From IMG/VR virus record IMGVR_UViG_3300017987_005501: DNA of 64,000 nucleotides. One strand, written 5' to 3'. The translations under genes and the position numbers were made by a program. Positions 38,442 to 47,341 of this stretch are shown in pieces. This DNA comes from a virus. Its lineage: Duplodnaviria; Caudoviricetes. The stretch's first letter is position 1, and the number at the start of each line of letters is the position of its first letter. The notes under the pieces were generated by a model that searched no databases, was not told where the DNA came from, and was given only the letters and a program-made list of their open reading frames with translations.

Positions 38442-38723
38442 CTATTCAAATTCTGCTGCTCTCTCATTTTGGAATTTTGCAATATTTTTCTTACGCTGCT
38501 TTTCTTTCCGTTTTCGAATTGCGCTGGGCTTTTCGTAGGTTTGATGCTTCTTTACATCCTGCAAAATCCCTTCTTTGATAATAGATCTCTTAAACCTTCT
38601 GAGCAGGCTCTCAATAGGCTCACCATCCCGAGCAATTACTCTAAGTCCCTTCTTCCCTTTATCTGAAAGCCGGGGGGTTGTCCTGGGTTTGCCTGAGTAC
38701 CTCTTATGTGATCGCGGATTCAT
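38442..38723 (-). CDS. rpsU: Ribosomal protein bS21 with an ~25-aa basic N-terminal extension
   Basis: RDGEPIESLLRRFKR...EGILQDVKKHQTYEKPS..RKRK. Confidence 0.92.
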   Translation of the reverse strand: MNPRSHKRYSGKPRTTPRLSDKGKKGLRVIARDGEPIESLLRRFKRSIIKEGILQDVKKHQTYEKPSAIRKRKEKQRKKNIAKFQNERAAEFE

Positions 38724-38745
38724 AACTTTTAATTACTCCTTTTAG

Positions 38746-41262
38746 TTATTTAGACGTTTCCAACTCTAATTCGAGTTCTTCATCAACTTTTCGAATACAG
38801 GCTACATTCTGTAATCTATCTCCATCACTTAGGTTAAAGATTTTTACTCCTTTTGTTACTCGTTTTGTCTTCCGTACCGAATTATTTTCGAATAATATTG
38901 ATTGTCCTCTCTCAGATAAGGCCATTACCTGGTCTAATTCAGCCAAGCCTAAAATCCCGACAACGTAATCTTCGTTACTTAGGTTTAACATTCTACTGCC
39001 GACCCCGCCTCTATTTTGCTGCCGATACTCAGTAAAGGCACTTTTCTTGCCAAGGCCCTTAGTAGTAATGGTTAGTAAATCCCTTGAGTCATCACTAACA
39101 ACGGCGCCGATTACCTCATCATTTGCCCTTATTCTAATGCCCCGAACAGTTCCAGCCTGGCGCCCAACCTCGTTGAAAGAGTCGACCCCAATTCTGACCC
39201 CAAACCCGTTTTTAGTCCCGAAGAAGATTTCCTTGTTGTCATCAACTAACAGCACCCTTAGAAGCTCATCTCCATCTTTTAGTTTAAGGGCTTTAACCCC
39301 ACCCCTACGTGGATTACTATAATTGCTCAAGCGCGTTTTCTTAACCATTCCTTTTCGGGTTATAAAGAAAACGAACTTATCATCATTCTCTGCCGATAAT
39401 TCATCGACAGCAAGAATTGCTTGAATCTGTTCCTCGGGTTTTAGACCCGTTAGATAATTTACAATCGGTTTTCCCTTTGTTCCCTTATTTCTAATAGGAA
39501 TCTGATAGGCCTTTAACCAATGAACCTGCCCTTGGTTTGAGAAACATAGGAGGTGGCTTAGGCTAGTAACCTTAAAAACATCTTCGATAAAGTCATCCTC
39601 AATAACGCTAACCCCCGTAGATCCTTTTCCACCTCTCCGTTGGACTCTATAGCTGTCTACGGGTACGCGGTTGATATAACCCTTATTGCTGGTAGTAACA
39701 ATACAATTTTCGTCTTCGATTAGGTCTTCGATATCAAACTCTGTTATTTCTGCATTTACGATTTTTGACCTGCGTTCACTACTGAACTTCTCTTTAATCT
39801 CGTTTAGTTCCTTTTTAATCTCGGCATCAAGTAATTTCTGATCAGCTAGAATTGCTTCTATTCGAGTGATTTCTTTTTCTATGCTAGCTAACTCTTCCTT
39901 AATTTTTTCAATCTCTAATCCAGTCAGCTGTTTAAGCCGCATATCCAAAACCTCATCGGCTTGGATATCAGAAAGAGAAAAAGTCACCTTTAATGCTTCT
40001 TTAGCAATTTCCTTGGACTTCGAATTTTTGATAATCTTAACAGCTTTATCTATATCCTCAAGAACCTTAATGTATCCATCTAAGATATGTTTCCTATCCT
40101 TATGCCTTTTGAGATCGTACTCAAGTTTTTTTGTAAGACAATCCCTTCGGAACCCAAGGAATTTCCCAAACATTGTTAATAGCGTGAATGTCTGGGGACG
40201 GATTTTCTCATCCAAAGCCACCCAGTTTGCGTTATATGCTACCTGGGCACTCGTATATTTATAAATCTGGTTTTTAATTACTTCGGGGGAAGCCGTAGAC
40301 TTTAAGTAAACCATTAATTCAAAGTCTCTGGCCTTATCAATCTTCTTTTTCTTTTTTCCCTTACCCCTACCAGACTCATCAATTACCTTATCGATTCCCT
40401 CAATAACCGGACGACTAGGATTCTTTGGGTCCAGTTGCATATAAGATTTAATTTCGTCGATAATCTTTGCTTTTCCAGACCTAAAGGGGACTTCAGAAAT
40501 CCTTAACGCCACCTTATTTTTGATTTTCACCTCTTCGATTTTTGCTAAGATTTGGAATTTTCCTTTTCCAGTCTTATACATTTCTCGTAGCCCCATTCTC
40601 CCCCGGATTGTTCCACCCGTTGGGAAATCGGGGCCAGGGAGATACTTCATCAAGCTTTCAACTGTCAACGACTCGTCATCGATATAAGCGCAAAGGGCGT
40701 TTACAAGTTCCCCTAAATTATGAGATGGGATATCTGTTGCCATCCCAACAGCAATAGACTTCGCCCCATTAACCAAAAGGTTTGGGAACTTTGCAGGAAG
40801 CACTTCAGGTTCCTTAAGCTCATTTGAATAGTTATCAATTAAAGGAACTATCCCCTTCTCGATATCCTGTAACATTAATTCGGATATCTTAGATAGCTTT
40901 GCCTCCGTATAACGCGACGCGGCAAAAGCTCCAGGATTATCGATGCTTCCAAAGTTTCCTTGCGGATGAACAAGCGGCTCCCTCAGAACCCATTGCTGGG
41001 CCATGCGGACTAGTGCCTGATATGCTGCTGCGTCGCCGTGAGGGTGATACTTACCGATGGTTTCGCCAACAATCATAGCACATTTTTTTGTTGATTTATT
41101 ACTGTGCGCGCCGGCTTTATGCATCGCCCAAAGAAGTCTTCTTTGAACTGGTTTACAACCATCAAAAACACTTGGAATTGCTCTGTCCATAATAACGGAC
41201 ATTGCATAGTCAAGAAACCGTTTCTCCATCAAGGACTCAATATTTTCTTGCTTTACGCCCAT
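38746..41262 (-). CDS. gyrA: DNA gyrase subunit A
   Basis: DGCKPVQRR, YHPHGD, SRYTE (catalytic Tyr), GPDFPTG, GyrA-box QRRGGKG and beta-pinwheel repeats. Confidence 0.96.
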   Translation of the reverse strand: MGVKQENIESLMEKRFLDYAMSVIMDRAIPSVFDGCKPVQRRLLWAMHKAGAHSNKSTKKCAMIVGETIGKYHPHGDAAAYQALVRMAQQWVLREPLVHPQGNFGSIDNPGAFAASRYTEAKLSKISELMLQDIEKGIVPLIDNYSNELKEPEVLPAKFPNLLVNGAKSIAVGMATDIPSHNLGELVNALCAYIDDESLTVESLMKYLPGPDFPTGGTIRGRMGLREMYKTGKGKFQILAKIEEVKIKNKVALRISEVPFRSGKAKIIDEIKSYMQLDPKNPSRPVIEGIDKVIDESGRGKGKKKKKIDKARDFELMVYLKSTASPEVIKNQIYKYTSAQVAYNANWVALDEKIRPQTFTLLTMFGKFLGFRRDCLTKKLEYDLKRHKDRKHILDGYIKVLEDIDKAVKIIKNSKSKEIAKEALKVTFSLSDIQADEVLDMRLKQLTGLEIEKIKEELASIEKEITRIEAILADQKLLDAEIKKELNEIKEKFSSERRSKIVNAEITEFDIEDLIEDENCIVTTSNKGYINRVPVDSYRVQRRGGKGSTGVSVIEDDFIEDVFKVTSLSHLLCFSNQGQVHWLKAYQIPIRNKGTKGKPIVNYLTGLKPEEQIQAILAVDELSAENDDKFVFFITRKGMVKKTRLSNYSNPRRGGVKALKLKDGDELLRVLLVDDNKEIFFGTKNGFGVRIGVDSFNEVGRQAGTVRGIRIRANDEVIGAVVSDDSRDLLTITTKGLGKKSAFTEYRQQNRGGVGSRMLNLSNEDYVVGILGLAELDQVMALSERGQSILFENNSVRKTKRVTKGVKIFNLSDGDRLQNVACIRKVDEELELELETSK

Positions 41263-41339
41263 GTTGTAAGCCTTCTATTTTTAAATTTTCCTTATATTTT
41301 ATACGAATTTCAGGGGTTTATCCTAGAAGTGTTCCTTAT

Positions 41340-43247
41340 TTAGACATCAATTTCTGCTAGATAACCCTTCTCGTCTATTAGAGTTTTTCTTGCCGCGGCC
41401 TGCTTAGACCCCATTAGTTGGTCGACTACCTCAGCCGCATTTTCAGCATCTTCAATTGTAATCTGAATCAAAGTTCGGTTTTCTGCGTCCATGGTAGACT
41501 CGCTTAGTTCTTCCTCGTTCATTTCTCCAAGCCCCTTGAAGCGGCTTATAGGAGGGAGTTTCCCGTTATGATTTTTCTTAAATAGTTCTAATTCGTCGTC
41601 GTCTTTAATATACTTATATTCGTTTCTGACCTTGATTTTATAAAGAGGTGGGACTGCAATAAAGATGTTCCCATTAAAAATAAGATCCTTAAAATATTTG
41701 AAGAAGAAAGTTAACAATAAGCAACTAATATGGCTTCCGTCTACGTCGGCATCAGCCATAATAATAATTTTATGGTATTTTAAGTCCTTGTGGCTAAACG
41801 TATCATTAATTCCACAACCCAAAATCGCTACAAGTTGGTTAAATTCTTCGTTACTATATAGCTTACTTAGCTTAACCTCGTGCGTATTTAGGGGCTTTCC
41901 TCGAAGAAACATGACTGCTTGTGTTTCTTTATCTCTTCCATCTTGGGCAGTCCCACCGGCTGAGTTTCCTTCAACAATAAATAGTTCCCGGTCTTTCGGG
42001 TCCTTAGCTCTGCAATCCATAAACTTATCTGCGTTAATGATTACATTTCCTTTTTTCTTTCTAATGTTCTCACGGGCCTTTCGGGCGGCTTCCCGTGCGT
42101 CCATAGATCGGAAACTTTTCTCAACGAGCTGCTTTACGATTGATGGGTTTTGGTCTAGGTATGGGACAAGATAATTTTTTAGAACATTACCTGCCACCTT
42201 ACTTACTTCGGTATTTGTTAACTTATCCTTTGTTTGGCTTAAGAACTTTGGGTTGGGCAATTTAACATTAACAACGGCAATTAAGCCCTCCCTAAAATCC
42301 TCTCCTGTTGGATATGTCTTTTTCTTAGGATAAAGGTCTTCTGCGTATTTACTAAAAATAAACCCAAGAGCTCGGGTAAAGCCTTGAACGTGGGTTCCAC
42401 CATCGTTTGTATCGATATTATTAGCAAAAGATTCGATGCGCTCGGAATATACATCCTTAAGATAGTTTACTGCGATTTGGACAGAAATGTTATCTTCTAG
42501 CATCTCAAAAATCTGGGTCTCCATCAAAGTAGATTTTTTCCCAACTAAGGCTTCGAGATAATCTTTTAACCCATCTTTAGAGTAGTATTCTTTTTTGGTT
42601 GGATTTTCCCCTCTCTCATCCTCAAAAACTAGCTTAATTCCTTTATTTAAGTAGCTTAATTGCCGCAATCTTGATTTAATCCTGTCGGCATTAAATTCAA
42701 GAACCTCAAAAACTTCTGGGTCTGGCTTAAACTTAATAGATGTTCCAGTCTGGGTTGAGTTATCAATCTTTTTAAGTTTTGTTTCCTTGAGCCCTTTCCG
42801 GAACTCCATTCGGTAAACTTTTCCTTTTTGTTTGACGGTTACAACAAGGTGCTCACTTAAGGCGTTGGTACAGCTAATCCCCACCCCATGAAGGCCACCA
42901 GAGACCTTATAAACGTTTTCCTTGTCCCCGCCTTGAAACTTCCCACCCGCATGCAATTCCGTTAACACTAGCTCGACTCCAGACACGCCCTCTTCCTTAT
43001 TCATATCCGTCGGAATTCCACGACCATCATCCTCTACTTCAGCATAACCATCTTTTGTTAACCGAACAGTTATACTATTGCAATGGCCTGCTAATGCTTC
43101 GTCGATTGAGTTATCAACTGCTTCCCAAATTAATTGGTGAAGGCCATTAACATTAGTATCCCCAACATACATTCCAGGGGTTTCCCTTACAGGAGCTAAC
43201 CCCTTTAATTTTCTCAAACTGTTGGCATTATACTGGTTCTTAGACAT
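41340..43247 (-). CDS. gyrB: DNA gyrase subunit B
   Basis: GMYVG, EAVDNSIDE, DDGRGIP, LHAGGKF, SGGLHGVG, EGNSAGG, LRGKPLN, MADADVDG.HI, RFKGLGEM. Confidence 0.96.
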   Translation of the reverse strand: MSKNQYNANSLRKLKGLAPVRETPGMYVGDTNVNGLHQLIWEAVDNSIDEALAGHCNSITVRLTKDGYAEVEDDGRGIPTDMNKEEGVSGVELVLTELHAGGKFQGGDKENVYKVSGGLHGVGISCTNALSEHLVVTVKQKGKVYRMEFRKGLKETKLKKIDNSTQTGTSIKFKPDPEVFEVLEFNADRIKSRLRQLSYLNKGIKLVFEDERGENPTKKEYYSKDGLKDYLEALVGKKSTLMETQIFEMLEDNISVQIAVNYLKDVYSERIESFANNIDTNDGGTHVQGFTRALGFIFSKYAEDLYPKKKTYPTGEDFREGLIAVVNVKLPNPKFLSQTKDKLTNTEVSKVAGNVLKNYLVPYLDQNPSIVKQLVEKSFRSMDAREAARKARENIRKKKGNVIINADKFMDCRAKDPKDRELFIVEGNSAGGTAQDGRDKETQAVMFLRGKPLNTHEVKLSKLYSNEEFNQLVAILGCGINDTFSHKDLKYHKIIIMADADVDGSHISCLLLTFFFKYFKDLIFNGNIFIAVPPLYKIKVRNEYKYIKDDDELELFKKNHNGKLPPISRFKGLGEMNEEELSESTMDAENRTLIQITIEDAENAAEVVDQLMGSKQAAARKTLIDEKGYLAEIDV

Positions 43248-43263
43248 CTTGTTATCCTGCTCC

Positions 43264-43860
43264 TTACTTTAGGTATTCTCTAATTATATTACGAATTTCC
43301 CGTTGACTGTGGGTTAAGAGTGCTGGAATATATTCCGAAGGGAGAATCTCGACTAGTTCTCTTATTCTATTATACCCACAACTTGTGGATAGATTGAGAA
43401 TAAGCTTTACTAATTGTTGGTTTGTTAAGTTTTGATTTGGGTGTAGCCCGTCTAGGTATAATTTTTCCTCGAGGCATAAGTCCACTATGGATTCGGGAAG
43501 CCTTTGATGGCGGTATAACAGCTCGCCTATAGAATCATTAGAATAATATAGAACAACTTTTTGAAGGATGCTTTCCGGCAATTTTTGAAATTTAATTAGA
43601 GAATCTAAATGAAACTTAAAATTTTGCCAGTTTAGGATCTTTTTGAGGTGTTGCTCTTCTAATTTTTGATAGGTAAGGAGCCTTAAAAGTAATGTTGAGG
43701 TGTATCGGGAATTTTGTTTTATTCTATCTAAGAATATTACTATTTGTTCGTTGCTGAAAGTATTTTTCCGAAGAATCGTATTCCAAGCCTTCGTGTCCTC
43801 AAAAGGAACGCTCTCTAGGTGAAAGGCTAAATCAAAATCAGGCATTAGAGCTATACTCAT
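43264..43860 (-). CDS. Hypothetical Leu-rich helical-repeat protein
   Basis: Repeating LxxLxxxQxLxE pattern; lies between dnaJ and gyrB. Confidence 0.55.
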   Translation of the reverse strand: MSIALMPDFDLAFHLESVPFEDTKAWNTILRKNTFSNEQIVIFLDRIKQNSRYTSTLLLRLLTYQKLEEQHLKKILNWQNFKFHLDSLIKFQKLPESILQKVVLYYSNDSIGELLYRHQRLPESIVDLCLEEKLYLDGLHPNQNLTNQQLVKLILNLSTSCGYNRIRELVEILPSEYIPALLTHSQREIRNIIREYLK

Positions 43861-44917
43861 TCAAGAGAATTGCGTAATCTCTTCTTTTCTTAGTAGAGTT
43901 TTGTTTTTCGAATTGGCGAAGATTTCGCAAAATAGATGGATCTGCAACAGCAGGGATCTCTATTAAAAATTTGACTATATGATTCCCTTTCGCCCCACCT
44001 CTAACGTCTGGAAACCCAGCACCCTTAAGAAGAAGGGTACTTGTTGGTTGGGTTCCGGCTGAGATCTCTATTTGCTTAATGGTTCTATCTAGCGTTAAAA
44101 TTTCTTTTTTAGAGCCCTCAATTGCCTCCGAAACAGATAGGGGGACTTCAGAATAAACATCTAAACCCACGCGTTCTAAGAGAGGATTCCCTTTAATCTT
44201 TATCTTTATAAAGAGATCCCCTGGAGGCCCTGAATTTAAGCTGTCTCCACCCTTTCCAGCAATCCGAATAACTGCACTATCAAAAACTCCGGGAGGAATG
44301 TCAACCTCAATTTCAGTTTCCACTTTTTTAACTTTAGCCCCGGAACAACCAGAACAGAGATCTTCTTTCTTAAATTTATGTCCAACCCCAGAACAAACCC
44401 GGCACGGTTGCTGAAGAGTGAAAAATCCCTGAGATTGTATTTGGACCCCTTTTCCCCCGCAATGAGTACAAATTTCTTTTTTTGCGCCGGGCTTTACCCC
44501 CGAAGCTTTGCAAGTTGGGCATTTTTGAGGCCGTTTATAAGTTATTGTTTTCTTCGTTCCGGTATATGCCTCAAAAAAATCAATTTCAAGAGACTCTATA
44601 TTTATATTAGGGCCTCTTGAAACTTGTTTTCTTCCTGAAAAAGGGTTAGACCCACCAAAGATAGATCTGAAAATGTCAAAAGGATCCCCATTGGCAACAG
44701 GACCCTGTTTTGTTGTTCCAAACTGGTCGTAGTGTTTTCTTTTTTTCGGGTTCCCTAAAACATCAAACGCCTCAGAAACTTCTTTGAATTTCTGTTCGGC
44801 GTTTGGGGCTTTTGATTTGTCCGGGTGATATTTAATTGCGAGCTTTTTATATGCTTCCTTAATTTCTTTTTCGGAAGCGTTTTTAGCTATATTTAATATC
44901 TCATAGTAGTTCTTCAT
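43838..44917 (-). CDS. dnaJ: Class A J-domain chaperone DnaJ
   Basis: The start was moved to ATG 44917 (MKNYYEIL). HPD motif, G/F region, four CxxCxGxG-type repeats and the C-terminal domain are present. Confidence 0.95.
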   Translation of the reverse strand: MKNYYEILNIAKNASEKEIKEAYKKLAIKYHPDKSKAPNAEQKFKEVSEAFDVLGNPKKRKHYDQFGTTKQGPVANGDPFDIFRSIFGGSNPFSGRKQVSRGPNINIESLEIDFFEAYTGTKKTITYKRPQKCPTCKASGVKPGAKKEICTHCGGKGVQIQSQGFFTLQQPCRVCSGVGHKFKKEDLCSGCSGAKVKKVETEIEVDIPPGVFDSAVIRIAGKGGDSLNSGPPGDLFIKIKIKGNPLLERVGLDVYSEVPLSVSEAIEGSKKEILTLDRTIKQIEISAGTQPTSTLLLKGAGFPDVRGGAKGNHIVKFLIEIPAVADPSILRNLRQFEKQNSTKKRRDYAILLNEYSSNA

Positions 44918-46527
44918 TTTAAAACTACGCAAGGAGACCCCTATGTTCACGTGGGGGATGAATTGCGTCCTTTCTTTTTTCTAAGACTATTTGAGAATTC
45001 CTAGCTGAAATCCTTTTAAATTTACTAACTTTAGGAATAGGCCTTAATTTTAAATCCTTTCCATCAATGCCCATTAAAATAAAGTAACCTGAGTTGGACT
45101 TCCCTTTTATAAAATATTCAGAACCTTTATATTTGACCTTGTCAAATTTTCTAAAGCCAAATAATTTTCCTGTCGGAATCCTTTGTTGGGATCGAACCCC
45201 TTTGGTTTGTTGATAATCGCCTTGAGCTACATGTTTCTTATAAAAGACTTTATCAATATTAAAATCTATTTCTCGCCCTTCACATGCTATCACAACAGCA
45301 TCTATATAATGCTCTTTTGGTAGCCCCAATTTTTGACGGCAAGCTTTTGTGATGTATCCATATGTTATCTCTGCCTCAAAAACCTCCTTCAATAATTGAG
45401 TTTTAATCGCATTCATTTGAGAAGCATGCTTTAATTGCTTCTTCTTCCCTCTTTTCTTTAATTTAATTTCCCCAGCATGTAATTTATCATGGCAAGTTTT
45501 ACATAAGGTAATTAAATTATCTTCATGATCAGTCCCACCTTGGCTTCTAAAAATGATATGATGGACATGTAGCACTTTATCTTTTGATTTACCTTTACAA
45601 TGCTGACAGGTATAATTATCTCTATCTAAAACATATGCTTTTCGATTCTCAAATCCATAATTGATCCCTTTTTGATATAAATCCTTATTTTTTAAGACTT
45701 CTGGATTTTTCAAAGCATGAGGATCAAAAGATGCAGATTCAATAATTATTTTAGATACGGGAAGGATCGATTTAACAAAATTAATCTCTTTTAAATGACT
45801 GTTTAATTTACTAACCATTGTCGGGGATAAACGATCTTTTCTTTTTGAGTTTCTTCTATTCTTCCACCTAGCCGGTCTATATCTAGTTTTTCTAGATCTT
45901 CTATTTCTTCTATATTTTCTTCTCCGATCCATTTTCTTTTTGATATCATTTCTAATTTCAATCTCTGCGGCATAAATTACTTTGTTGTTAGAGACAACAG
46001 CAGAACCAATTTTAGAACTTCCTGGGTCGGTTCCTAAAACACAATCCTGCACATAATTTGTAGTCTTATACAACAATTTAACTGTGAATGGAGTCCTTTT
46101 GACACATTTAGCCTTGCCTTGATCCAATAGCAAACGAGCTATTGGAGGTTGGCATGGCATTAAAGGCTTTCCCTCTTCACTAACTACAAATACCATTCTT
46201 GTCCGATCTGATCTTATAAGACCTAATTATAAGATAAATGCTCACCCCAAGGGGTGGTAATGCGTAAGGTTCCTTGAAAGAACTTTCCGACTTCATCTCG
46301 ACAATGTTAAAAAGGCTTGTTATGCTTAAATCACTAGAATCGTTACCCCAAGGTTCTTGTTTAGACCTAAGCGATAGAGCTATGGTCTGATGCGGCAACC
46401 ATAGGTATCATAACCTTTTTAACGTAGATTAGGTTTTACTCCTTTCTTAGTCTGGTGAACCAAGACCCCTTAAAAACAAGTTTTTTAGTTTTTTAGAAGC
46501 CTCCACCTTTAGGCGGGGGTAGTTCAC
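44918..46527 (-). mobile_element. Non-autonomous IS200/IS605-family IscB (OMEGA) element
   Basis: 5' end GTGAACTACCCCCGCCTAAAGGTGGAGGCTT with a subterminal hairpin; 3' end CCCCCACGTGAACATAGGGGTCTCCTTGCG; contains iscB and omegaRNA but no tnpA. The exact 3' boundary is inferred. Confidence 0.85.
44925..46196 (-). CDS. iscB: RNA-guided endonuclease IscB
   Basis: PLMP, RuvC-I GTDPG, Arg-rich bridge helix RRxRR, RuvC-II IIIESASFD, HNH HVHHIIFRSQGG..HEDNLITLC..CH, RuvC-III HYIDA. Confidence 0.95.
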   Translation of the reverse strand: MVFVVSEEGKPLMPCQPPIARLLLDQGKAKCVKRTPFTVKLLYKTTNYVQDCVLGTDPGSSKIGSAVVSNNKVIYAAEIEIRNDIKKKMDRRRKYRRNRRSRKTRYRPARWKNRRNSKRKDRLSPTMVSKLNSHLKEINFVKSILPVSKIIIESASFDPHALKNPEVLKNKDLYQKGINYGFENRKAYVLDRDNYTCQHCKGKSKDKVLHVHHIIFRSQGGTDHEDNLITLCKTCHDKLHAGEIKLKKRGKKKQLKHASQMNAIKTQLLKEVFEAEITYGYITKACRQKLGLPKEHYIDAVVIACEGREIDFNIDKVFYKKHVAQGDYQQTKGVRSQQRIPTGKLFGFRKFDKVKYKGSEYFIKGKSNSGYFILMGIDGKDLKLRPIPKVSKFKRISARNSQIVLEKRKDAIHPPREHRGLLA

Positions 46528-46545
46528 TTTCAGGACATAAGCTCT
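46197..46545 (-). ncRNA. omegaRNA: scaffold ~46197-46527 plus a 5' guide derived from the flank (~46528-46545)
   Basis: GTGAAC...GTTCACCAGACT terminal stem, CTACGTT and ATTGTCGAG motifs typical of iscB leaders; ~330 non-coding nt directly upstream of iscB. Confidence 0.8.
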
Positions 46546-47111
46546 TTCGAGATAAGGTTAATTTCCGCAAAAGATTCAACCGGATCAAAAATCTCGATTC
46601 GGTTTGCTCTAGTTTCTAAAACTTCGACAGGGATAACGGAAGCATTAAAAAACGTAGCATATATTGTTTTTATTTTAATGCTGGGATTTTGGCCAAACTT
46701 TACTTTTACTTCAACGCTTAATTGGTTTCTAACTAAACCTTCTGTTTTTAACTTTTCTTCTACAAGGTTTAGGCACTCTTCTAAGTTAACTTCGCTCTTT
46801 TCCAAGCTCTCGCGTAAATATTTCTTAAATTTGTTTTGGATTTCTGTTTTAGTCTCTTCGTATTCTTTTTCGAGCTCAGCTTTCTTTTCTTCCTGTTGTT
46901 TTACATAATCAAAACCGGAAACATCTTTTTGTTTTTGCCATTGCTCTACTACTTCTTCCGAAGCAGGAACGACTTCTGATTCTGATGAGATTCCTAGAAG
47001 TTCAGCTTGTTCCTTATCCAGGATATTTGCTAATTTTGGAAAGATCCGTTTTGCTCTTTCTTTTCCTAAAGATTTTTCAAGCTCTTTCCTTAATTTATTT
47101 TCTTCTTCCAT
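46530..47111 (-). CDS. Hypothetical Glu/Lys-rich protein
   Basis: GGAG plus ATG; its stop codon lies inside the predicted IscB guide. Confidence 0.6.
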   Translation of the reverse strand: MEEENKLRKELEKSLGKERAKRIFPKLANILDKEQAELLGISSESEVVPASEEVVEQWQKQKDVSGFDYVKQQEEKKAELEKEYEETKTEIQNKFKKYLRESLEKSEVNLEECLNLVEEKLKTEGLVRNQLSVEVKVKFGQNPSIKIKTIYATFFNASVIPVEVLETRANRIEIFDPVESFAEINLISKELMS

Positions 47112-47122
47112 TCTTAGTCTCC

Positions 47123-47320
47123 TTAGTCCCCGAGAAGGTTTTCAATAAAGTTTGCTTCGTCCTTTAATCTCTCCTCCCGCTCATTTTTCTTTCGTTTTGT
47201 TTTAAGTCCCTCATAAGCCTTAATCAAAAGTTTAAGCTTATCTTTAGAAACAACTCCTTTAAGATTCGTTCTTTTCAATAGCTCTTCTAATTCTTTTTCT
47301 TCCATTGGTAGTTTCCTCAT
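47123..47320 (-). CDS. Small hypothetical coiled-coil protein
   Basis: GAGG upstream; packed between neighbours. Confidence 0.5.
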   Translation of the reverse strand: MRKLPMEEKELEELLKRTNLKGVVSKDKLKLLIKAYEGLKTKRKKNEREERLKDEANFIENLLGD

Positions 47321-47341
47321 AAAGCAACCTCGCTCTGCTAG

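Noticed and set aside
38746-43247. Topoisomerase IV (parE/parC)
   Set aside because: The A subunit has a canonical GyrA-box (QRRGGKG) and a full C-terminal pinwheel.
44925-46196. Cas9 or a CRISPR effector
   Set aside because: It is only 423 aa, has a PLMP N-terminus, an omegaRNA leader and IS200/605-type ends, and no array is present; this is IscB.
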